Made by a program: the position numbers and the translations under genes. From assembly GCA_030390025.1 (NCBI GenBank), contig CM059433.1:14882001-14946000 (forward strand): 64,000 nucleotides of DNA, in the 5' to 3' direction. Source of the stretch: Squalus acanthias (Eukaryota). The notes beneath the pieces were generated by a model. The model had not been told where the DNA came from. It did not search any database and was given only the letters and a program-made list of their open reading frames with translations. Of the stretch, positions 23,123 through 31,910 are shown in pieces. Numbering within the stretch: the stretch's first letter is position 1; every line of letters starts with the position of its first letter.

Positions 23123-25313
23123 ATGAAGGAACTTCAATATTAGTGAACAGGTCCCACCACGGTGGGATTACTATGTCCAAAATTTCTCTCCCTATTTCTA
23201 CAGTCTTTTGTTCCAGGGTGTAAAAATGTTTTTGTGATACCGCGACGGCTTTAAAAAGCTTGGTGAGGTGTTCAGGGAGAGGGGGAATGATGTACCCGAA
23301 ATGCGCGACGAATTGCTGCAAGTCGGTGAAATTCTCTTTTACTGTGAGATGAACAGTGGATGGTTCAGGGATCGGGACAATTCGCTGTTGTGCCACTTGA
23401 ACTTCAGCCCTGGGTTTAAAACAGAAACTGCTGTCACTCACCGGACACCGGCTGTGGTTTCCATGCTGGTAGTGTTGCCCTGCAGTGGTAACGCAATATG
23501 TTCCACCCCCTATGTATGCCACCTGCGGAGGCATATGATCTTGTGTCATTGCTTCCATGGTGCAATTCATGGGCTTGGCGCCAGCCGTTCTGAACCCGCA
23601 TTGTGGTGTTAAAAAGGCATTCAAGTGCTGGGGACACAGTATGATGTGTGCTCCCCGGCCACGACAACCCGATAGGTCGGTACCTGTCATCGTTTGCTCC
23701 CAGCGGATGACGTAAGGTGGGACCGCTGGGTAGCGAATGTGGGCTCCCCCCTGAATGACACCAATGTTCTCTACCCGATACACCGGGGCGGGCTTTGCTG
23801 TGTCACCCAAAACCGGCATACGTAGTACTATACCCATGATGGTATGGTTTGACCGTCCGCAGTCCACGGGGACTGGGTATGCCTCTGAGGCTAGCCTGAG
23901 CTGGCACGGGCTTAATGCGTTCTGAAAAGGGTGGAGCGCCTGCAGGTGTTTGTTACTTATCCAGGACGGGACCAAACCTTGTTTTAAAACCCCCAAATTA
24001 CTGCGGCCCTCGCCCAGTAACCATGCCCCGTATAGTACGCACACCTCGTTCTGCGCAGCTTGATCGGATGCATTCCGATCTTCCCTAATCAGGGCATTTA
24101 CCGTTCTCGCATGCTTCTCCAGCTCTGCTATAATCTCCTTTAAGTGTAGTGTCATGGCCTGGTCCTCATGTAACTCAGACCCTACTACCTTGTTTTCGCT
24201 TGTGAGGATGTTTTTTAATTGTGTTTTTAAACCATTGATCTGGGTCTGCAGCTCCACGTTGTCTAGAGCGTTGACCACAGATGTTCCTGTATTAAAGGCG
24301 GTGAACATATCGTTCACAATACCCCTTCTTTGTCTCCCCACCTGACCCAAAACTTTGTGTGGTGTGGTGTACAAGCTTGTTTTGTCAATCTCTGCAAAAT
24401 CAAACTCGTAGAATTGTCTGAACATGTTTGTCAACAGGACCTGGTACAATTGTTCCGTTTCTTTGGGACACCACTCTGGTAAACGCACCTCGGTGAGATT
24501 TAGAATCATCGAGGCCACCGCGTAATGTACCCCCTGAAATAGTATCGGGTCTGTTGGGTACAGTACCAAACCATTCCCGGGCCCCTTAGTGGTTTTAGGG
24601 CACCCTTCCTCCTGAGCCAAAACCACCGGAATCGTGGGCGGAGCCTTGCGTGGGCGCGTGATGAGTTCAGTGGCGTTTACCGGGATCGGGGAGAATGGAG
24701 CTCCGCACCCCTTTGTGCTGACATCCCACCTCATCCCTTTCCCGTTATCCTGCCACTGGTGTACGAAAAATATGGATATACCCTTGGGGCAAACGTACTT
24801 CGATCCCCACATACAAACATATATTCCCTCATCCGGTTCCCACCATTTGTCCCAACAGACTTTCAATTGTCCGTTAGTCCCCGTAATTGTCCGATGGGTA
24901 TTGTTACCCAATCGCTCCCACTCAACCGAGGAATTTCTCATAGTCTTGCTTAATTTCCGTAACCACCACCATCGGCTCAATGGGACCTTCCCATTGCATG
25001 TCAAACAAATCCTTTTGCCGACGGTGACGCTGATGCTGGGTGCAATGATCCTCACTCTGGGGCACAGTAAAGAAGTCTCTTTGTAGGCAAATCCAGATGC
25101 GCTGGAGTATTCCGTTGAATTCGTTCCCAGCCATCCCGGCCACCTTCCCTTGTGGAAATAAGTGGCGGTCTCCTCAGCCTTTGGCTCCCCGGTCCCATCC
25201 GTCGCAATGGGGCCCGTGTCCCCGGAGCAACCAAACACAACGACATCCTTGGTGAGGCCCCGATAGGCCAATCCATATCCGATCGTTGCGAGCACTATCA
25301 GAATCCTTTCCAT
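23121..25313 (-). CDS. env: Envelope glycoprotein: signal peptide, Ig-like domain, class I fusion protein resembling Mononegavirales F; truncated at 730 aa by the CR1
   Basis: Hydrophobic N-terminus; C106...W117...DEGIYVC167; furin site RQRR/GIVNDMFTAFNTG; heptad repeat; Cys-rich DLSGC...LCPQ...CGF...CT...YCVTT...C...FCF region; acceptor TTTTATCTGATCACAG 12 nt before the ATG. Confidence 0.88.
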   Translation of the reverse strand: MERILIVLATIGYGLAYRGLTKDVVVFGCSGDTGPIATDGTGEPKAEETATYFHKGRWPGWLGTNSTEYSSASGFAYKETSLLCPRVRIIAPSISVTVGKRICLTCNGKVPLSRWWWLRKLSKTMRNSSVEWERLGNNTHRTITGTNGQLKVCWDKWWEPDEGIYVCMWGSKYVCPKGISIFFVHQWQDNGKGMRWDVSTKGCGAPFSPIPVNATELITRPRKAPPTIPVVLAQEEGCPKTTKGPGNGLVLYPTDPILFQGVHYAVASMILNLTEVRLPEWCPKETEQLYQVLLTNMFRQFYEFDFAEIDKTSLYTTPHKVLGQVGRQRRGIVNDMFTAFNTGTSVVNALDNVELQTQINGLKTQLKNILTSENKVVGSELHEDQAMTLHLKEIIAELEKHARTVNALIREDRNASDQAAQNEVCVLYGAWLLGEGRSNLGVLKQGLVPSWISNKHLQALHPFQNALSPCQLRLASEAYPVPVDCGRSNHTIMGIVLRMPVLGDTAKPAPVYRVENIGVIQGGAHIRYPAVPPYVIRWEQTMTGTDLSGCRGRGAHIILCPQHLNAFLTPQCGFRTAGAKPMNCTMEAMTQDHMPPQVAYIGGGTYCVTTAGQHYQHGNHSRCPVSDSSFCFKPRAEVQVAQQRIVPIPEPSTVHLTVKENFTDLQQFVAHFGYIIPPLPEHLTKLFKAVAVSQKHFYTLEQKTVEIGREILDIVIPPWWDLFTNIEVPS

Positions 25314-25592
25314 CTTTCCTGGTTCCTGTGATCAGATAAAATGATGTAGCCAGCCTCCCAAGAGTCTCTGGCTTTTGTGAAGGGTGAGCGGGTCCCTTGA
25401 CCTCGTCTCACGTAAAAAGACATGTATGCTGGATAGACTTTAACTATTCCTATCACTAAAACTCCCATCACTTTACCATTTACTTTTAAAATTAAACTAC
25501 AAACTTACCAAACTTACAAACTTAAACTTAAACTTATAAACTTATCCTAAAATTAAAACTGTACAGCGCCGCCCGTTCCCAGGGCGGCCTAC

Positions 25593-26270
25593 CTAAATTC
25601 TGCGAAGGCTGCCACGAGCTTTTCCCAGTGGTGGGAGGGCACTGACCCCTTCCTTTGATCTGTCGCAGCCTGTCGCCGCTGCGCTGGGACTGGGATCTCC
25701 CTGGGTTGCCTTGACCTTGAACTTACGCCTGGGGGTGCACGGGGGATTTGACCACGACTTCCTGGGCTGGGGTGTCCGACTTGACCTACGGAGGGCTACT
25801 TTGGGCAAGATTTCCAGGGCCGACGGACCAGGAACCAAGACTTCCACCATTGCGGCCTGTGGTCCCACCACAGCCGCTGGCTCCGTCTCCCCTGGCCCTG
25901 CCCCCCTGAACTCGGGATTTGCAGTTTCTGGCTCCACCCTACTTGGCCCAGTATGTGGTCCTCCACTCGCAATCCCTACCTCCCGCAAGGGCAAGACTTC
26001 CAGGGCCGACGGACCGGGTACCGAGACTTCCACCGTCACGACCTGTGCTCCTACCACAGCCGCTGGCTCCATCTCCCCTAGCTCCGCCCCCCTGGGTTCG
26101 GGATCTGCAGTTTCTGATTCCACCCTGTGTGGATCGCCACTCGCAGCCCCGATCTCCCCTGAGCTTGAGTCGAGGACGAAACTTTCGTCCTCCGACCCCA
26201 GCACCTCTCCGATCGGGTCAATACCTTGGTCGAGCTCCTCGAGCTCTTCCTCATCTGAATCCAACCCCAA
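25593..26270 (-). CDS. orfX: acidic/Pro-rich 225-codon frame overlapping the pol 3' end (accessory gene or frameshifted IN tail)
   Basis: Acidic N-terminus, internal duplication of about 50 aa, basic LRRSSRTPQPRK C-terminus; no ATG at its 5' end. Confidence 0.5.
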   Translation of the reverse strand: MGLDSDEEELEELDQGIDPIGEVLGSEDESFVLDSSSGEIGAASGDPHRVESETADPEPRGAELGEMEPAAVVGAQVVTVEVSVPGPSALEVLPLREVGIASGGPHTGPSRVEPETANPEFRGAGPGETEPAAVVGPQAAMVEVLVPGPSALEILPKVALRRSSRTPQPRKSWSNPPCTPRRKFKVKATQGDPSPSAAATGCDRSKEGVSALPPLGKARGSLRRI

Positions 26271-29200
26271 GAAAAGATCCTACACTTTTCCAGAATGTCC
26301 TCTCCCCTCAAGCAGGCTGCTTTACTGGTCTGTATGCCCTGCGGTCCTACCCGGGGCTGCGAGTCCCCACTCGCAGTTTTGGCCCCTGTGGTTGGCCCCT
26401 GTGCACCCGGCTTATACAACTTGCACTGGTTAATGTGGAACCATTTCGTGCGCCGAGGTACCTTTACGGCGTACACCATGGGACTCGCTTTATCTACAAT
26501 ACTGTAGGGCCCCATATACAGTGGTTCCAAACTCCCTACTCTGGCATAGTTCCTAACCATGACCTGATCTCCGACTTCCCACTCCTGCTTCTTGCGGGGT
26601 TCCAGCAACAGGCGATTGCCCTGATGCTGTCTTCCCATGTTCCCAGCTGCCTGCTCGTAAACCTGCTTCTTGCGCTCCAAGAGGGTCTGGACAAACTTGT
26701 CCCGTTTCACCTCTTCGAGCTGACCCTCAGTGAGCACCGGGGCTAGTACATGGGTGGGGGTTCGCATGATCCTCCCAGTCATCACCTCGTACGGGCAGTA
26801 CCCCGTACTTTTCGACTGACTGGCCCGGATCCCCATGAGGTCTAGAGGCGGAACCTCCGCCCATTTTTGGGGCGAGTTCATAGTCTCTTTCCTCAGCTTC
26901 TCCTTTAGGGTCCGGTTCATGCGTTCAACAATCCCTGATGACTGGGGATTGTGCGCTACGTGCCACTTCCCTTCAATGCCCAAAAGCATGTGGGTGTTCT
27001 GCATCGCCTGGCCGGTGAAATGACTCCCTTGGTCTGACTCCACGAAACGGGGGAGTCCCCACCGCGAGAACACTTCCCGGACCAAGATTTTTGCAGTACC
27101 CAGCGCCGTAGCTGTTCTACAGGGGAAGGCTTCTACCCATTTGGAAAACACATCCAGCAAGACGAGGCAGTATTTGTAGCCTCCCTGGGTGGTGGGCAGG
27201 GGCCCTATGTAATCGATCTGTATCGACTGCCATGGTCCCTCCACCCTCCTGATGTGCCCCATGTGCACTTTCCTTTTCTGGGGGTCTGGGTTGTTTGCAG
27301 CGCACACCAGACAGTTTGCACAGAACTCGCGGACCTGCTCCCTGAGTCCCGGCCACCATCCCGCCTGCTCTACCCGTTGCCAGGTAACCTCGGGCCCGGG
27401 GTGTCCTGCCCCCGGCCCCTCATGAGCTAACTGGAGGAATTCCCTCCTGTGCTGCTGCGGCACAACCCACTGTTCTTCACGGAACAGCATGCCTTCTTTA
27501 ACGGAGAGGGTTGCCGTACCGTACGGGCCCTCTACCTGCTTGCCCTCAGTAATCGTTCTGAGAACTGCTTTTAGGGCGGGATCCTGGTTCTGGACGGTCT
27601 TAAGGTCTCGGGGCAGTGCTACCCTGGTGTTCCCGGGATTCCCTTCCCGGCCTTGGATCGCTGCCACGGGTCCAGGTCCATAGGGGTCCCAGAAAATGCC
27701 GTTGCGGGCACCCTCCCTGGCTAGCGCATCCGCCTGCTGGTTGCCCTCCCCGCAGGGCTCTGTGGAGGAGTGAGCTTTCACGTTATGGATGAAAATCTCC
27801 CCTTCCTCCCCTACTGCTGCTAGGATCTTTTCCAGCAAGGGCTTCACCGTTAAAGGTCGCCCGTCCGCGGAGGTGTACCCACGGCGGGACCAAATGGCCA
27901 GGTATTCCGTACATGAATTGCACGTAAACATACTGTCCGAACAAATCGTGTATGGGGTTGGGAAAATTTCTGAGTGGGTAACGACATACGCCACCGCAGA
28001 CAGCTCAGCCTGCTGTTCGCTCATGGTGCTGGGGAGTTTAATTGCCAGGGCAAGGTCTGCCGCAGGGTCATAAACTCCACACCCTGTGAGTCGTTCGCCA
28101 GCGGACACTGTGCTGGAACCATCAACATAAATCTCGCGACCTGTGGGATGTATCCCGGCCCGTAAACCTATGTTGACCTCCCACACCCCTTCCACCGAAC
28201 ACCGGTGGGCTGTTCCGGGGTATACCAAGTTGGCCGCAAGCCTGGGCTCGCAAAAACCTTTAACTCTAAGATCCATCTGGGAAAGGAGAAGGGTCCAGCG
28301 CGCAATACGAGCGCTGCTTACGGTCCCATCCTTAATCCTCCCATCTAGAAGCATCTTAGTTGGCGTGTGATGGGTGAGGAGAGTGATGGGAGAGAGCCCT
28401 GTGAAGATCGCTGACCTTTTCACAGCCTAATGCGTGGCTTACAGATGCCTTTCGCAATTGGAGAAACTCCTCTCCACATCCGTTAACACCCTGGACGATT
28501 AGACAACCGGCCTCAGCTTGCCGTGACGCTCTTGGAGCAGCACTGCGCTCAAGCTGTCTCCGCTGGCAGCTACCTCCAGGAAAAACTCCTTCCCCCCATC
28601 TATGGCCCCTAAAGCTGGCGCAGTCTGCAAATCCCTTTTTAACTTCTTGAATGCTGCCTGACAACCCTCGTCCCAAGACCACTCCACTCCCTTATGGAGG
28701 AGTCGGAGCAGCGGAGCTGCTGTGGCCGCATAGTCCTCGATGAAGTCTCTACAGTAACCGGTCAGTCCCAGAAAGGACCTCACACCCATTATGGTGTTGG
28801 GAATCGGTAACTCCTGCACTGACTCCCTCCTAGCCTTATCTATGGGTCTTTCCCCAGCGCGAATGGTCAGACCCAGGAATTTTACTTCCTGCTGACCGAT
28901 CCGTGCTTTCTTAGGGTTCACTTTAAAACCCTTTCTCGCTAGCAGCTCCAATAACTCGGCTAGCAGTGGTCCATGCTCCTCCCTTGAGTCCGTGAACAGG
29001 AGCAAATCATCCACGTACTGCACTATCTGATTGGGCTGACTAAACTCCTTTAAACTTCCTGCCATGCAGTGATGGAAAATACTGGGGCTGTTGTGGAAAC
29101 CCTGTGGCAAACAGTTCCATGTGTACTGTTGTCCTTTAAAAGTAAAGGCAAACTTGTACTGGTCCTCTCGCCGCAGCGGGATGGACCAAAAACCGTTCGA

Positions 29201-30082
29201 GATATCCAGCACCGTGAACGTGGTCGCGGACGCTGGGATACTCCCTATTAGGTCAGCAACTGCTGCTACTGTGGGTGCGCAGGCGGGGATGTTACTGTTA
29301 AGGACTCTGTAGTCCACCGTGGCCCTCCACGAATTATCCGGCTTCCTCACCGGCCATAATGGGGAGTTCACGTGTGTGGCTATCGGCCTCAACACGCCCT
29401 GCTGCACCAATGAGGACATTGCTGTCTCCATATCGGGTTCTGCTTCTTTGGGGAAGTTATACTGCTTTTGGGGCCGGGTCATGGGGTCCCCGTCTACGCT
29501 GACCTCAAACCCGGTAACCCTCCCACAATCGTGCTTGTGGGTTGCAAACGCGTGCATATTATCTGACACGTACGATTGCATGTCCGTTGGGACATCCGCG
29601 ACCATAAGCGCGAGGTCGTAACCTCCGGATGGCTTCATGGTACACAGGGCCCCTTTACCTTCCATCCCTGGGATTACAACTACCTTGCCTTTCCCACCCT
29701 TGGCTCCCCAGAGACAGTGATTCCTAAGGTCCACGAGGTTCCCGTGTTCCGATAGGAGATCCGATCCGAGGATACCTCTGCCACCCCCCTCTTGCCATTT
29801 CATCAGTATGCACTTCCATGTGGTGTGGAGTGCTCCTAAATGAATGGAGAGCGGAATGGAGAACGCGCCAGCCTGCTCTTTTCCCGTGAACCCAGCTAAT
29901 GTGAATGGGACCTTGGTGGACAGTGGTGAGTCAAAGGGGCTATCCGTATGAATCACGGTGCATGAAGCTCCCGTGTCCAACAAATAACTACCCTTCTGCT
30001 TCTCTACCTCCATCTCAACCAGGAATCTTTTCCACGCATCATAGCTGAGCGGACACAGGTAAACGGGCTGCGCGGGCTCTAG
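26078..30082 (-). pseudogene. pol: pol: protease, RT, degenerate RNase H (tether), RNase H, integrase; three in-frame stops at 28427-28501
   Basis: LLDTGAS and GILGSD; LDISNGFW, LPQGFHNSP, YVDD; LEVAAS...PVV*SSR; YVDGSS, QAELSA, ICSDS, GNQQAD; HHCC; IDYIGP, SDQG, VERMN; GPY. ORFs 28499..30013 and 26078..28423 share one frame. Confidence 0.93.
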
Positions 30083-31834
30083 TCATTGGGTACCGGTGGA
30101 CGGGGTTGTGGCATCTGTGAGGCCGGTAGCGACTGCCACCCTTCCTTGTGAAATCATGAGGGACCGCATAGCTCCCAACATTGATTCTATCGCATCGGGA
30201 TGGATAGGCACACCAGCTCCTCTCTCAGAGACAGGCGCTTGGGTTCGGGCTGCGGGATTTTTATCCCTGGGGTCCTTCCAGGGGTTCCTACAGTTCTTAC
30301 GCCAGTGACCTGTCTTCCCGCACCCGTAACAAGCACCACTGGCCTGTGGGGCGCGGTTTCCCTCCTGATGCCACTCCTTTTGAGCCGGGGCTGCGGGCCA
30401 TGCCTCATGCACCTTTCCCTTAAGGGGACGCGCTCCCGTGCTCCTAGTGTTCCGATACCCTATCGTGAGTCGATTTAGGACAGACTCCTCTGTTGTGGCG
30501 GGGTTAGTGGGATCAAACCACGCTTTGGCCTGCTCCCTGACGGCTGGCAAACTGTTGGCTACTAAACACCTGAGCCAATGAGTTAAACCGGCACCGTTCA
30601 GGTAATCGAGCCCTGGCGCACCTGGGCAGCTACGCTGGTATACTGGCCACAGCCTGTCGCCGAAAACCTTCGGGGGTTCTCCCTCCATCTGTATGGTTTG
30701 ACCCAATCTGACGAACGGGCCTTCGTCATCCGCCCCTAACACTTCTAGGACCTCGTCCCGTAACTCCCCATAGGTTTTATTTCCCTTCTTGCTCTCGTCT
30801 GAGAGACACTGAAGGATCGAGCTATCTAACGAGAATAGCAACATTTTGGTCTTTTCCACATCGTCGCAGCCATTAATTGCTGCGGTCTGTTCTACCTCCC
30901 TAAAGTGTACGGAAGGGTCGTCTGACTCTGACAGCTTCCGTACATGGCTAATCATTGCTCTCAGCTGGTGTGAGCTGTGAGGCAATACAAGCTGGTTCAG
31001 GACATCCCCGTCATCCCCATTGGCTGCGTTCGGGCCTCTCTTGTGACCTCGGAGCGGACACATCGGTCCCGGGCTCGACTCTACCTCCGGGGATTGTCCT
31101 ACCTCGGGGACCTCCTTTTCTATTTCCACCACTTCCTCCCTTACCCAGGTTGCCGAATAGCTGGGTGGCGCGGAGGGCGCAGTGGCCAATACCACCTCTG
31201 CTTTGTCTGGTAGGGATTTTGGGAATTCCCTACCCACCTGTGGCTGGTTTGCTGACGGGCTGATGAGGCACACCATGCCGTTTGCCTTATTCAGGGCCTC
31301 TCTAAGGTTCCCTATCTCCTTCTGGCAAACACTGTGGTCGGCTCCCTCATGCCTATCCTCGAGGGCCATCTTATATGCCGCCCTAACTCCCTTCATGCTT
31401 TCTTCTTGGGCTTTTATCTGGTTAGCTAGGCGGGCACACCGTTCTCTAATCCTACCCTCATTTAATTTCGCTTCCGTGACCTGACACTCTAGGTAATCAA
31501 TTTTAGCCTCATGGTGGTTAGCTACTATCTGGCGTTCCTGATGTAACGCATTCAAGGATGCAATGAGTTTCTGTCCTCCCGTGATCTTTTCCTCCATCTC
31601 AACCTCCAAATCCCTGATCTGAGCTGCCTGTGCTACAATGACCTGGTCCGAAAGTTTGACTTGCTTCTTGTAGCACATCAGCCAGACCGCTTTCTCTACC
31701 GACTTCTTATGCTCTTTACTGCCTGTCCATTTGATGGCGGCGTCTAGCGGACGCTTATCCATCAGTAGGTCACTTATCCACCTTTTGGTTAAGTTAACCT
31801 TCCCAAACACATAGTCGGCTACCCTCTCATCCAT
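30083..31834 (-). CDS. gag: Gag: N-terminal coiled coil, capsid-like region, one CCHC zinc knuckle
   Basis: CYGCGKTGHWRKNC; heptad-rich N-terminal third; PSAP and PPSY late-domain-like motifs; ATG at 31834. Confidence 0.9.
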   Translation of the reverse strand: MDERVADYVFGKVNLTKRWISDLLMDKRPLDAAIKWTGSKEHKKSVEKAVWLMCYKKQVKLSDQVIVAQAAQIRDLEVEMEEKITGGQKLIASLNALHQERQIVANHHEAKIDYLECQVTEAKLNEGRIRERCARLANQIKAQEESMKGVRAAYKMALEDRHEGADHSVCQKEIGNLREALNKANGMVCLISPSANQPQVGREFPKSLPDKAEVVLATAPSAPPSYSATWVREEVVEIEKEVPEVGQSPEVESSPGPMCPLRGHKRGPNAANGDDGDVLNQLVLPHSSHQLRAMISHVRKLSESDDPSVHFREVEQTAAINGCDDVEKTKMLLFSLDSSILQCLSDESKKGNKTYGELRDEVLEVLGADDEGPFVRLGQTIQMEGEPPKVFGDRLWPVYQRSCPGAPGLDYLNGAGLTHWLRCLVANSLPAVREQAKAWFDPTNPATTEESVLNRLTIGYRNTRSTGARPLKGKVHEAWPAAPAQKEWHQEGNRAPQASGACYGCGKTGHWRKNCRNPWKDPRDKNPAARTQAPVSERGAGVPIHPDAIESMLGAMRSLMISQGRVAVATGLTDATTPSTGTQ

Positions 31835-31887
31835 CACATTTCACCTATTCACACCAGGGTCTAAAACATTACTCTCTCGCTGCCAAT

Positions 31888-31905
31888 GTCCTGCCACGGT
31901 CGCCA
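31888..31905 (-). promoter_or_regulatory. Primer binding site, probably tRNA-Arg(UCG)
   Basis: TGGCGACCGTGGCAGGAC, 5 nt from the LTR; 17/18 complementary to the vertebrate tRNA-Arg(TCG) 3' end GTCCTGCCGCGGTCGCCA as I recall it. Confidence 0.75.
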
Positions 31906-31910
31906 TTTTC

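Noticed and set aside
25711..26746. Long antisense ORFs (240 and 275 aa) opposite orfX/IN as an HBZ-like gene
   Set aside because: No ATG start, GC-rich low-complexity region; best explained as shadow frames.
31872..31885. Second PBS-like TGGCAGCGAG after the first PBS
   Set aside because: Too short a match to assign to any tRNA 3' end.
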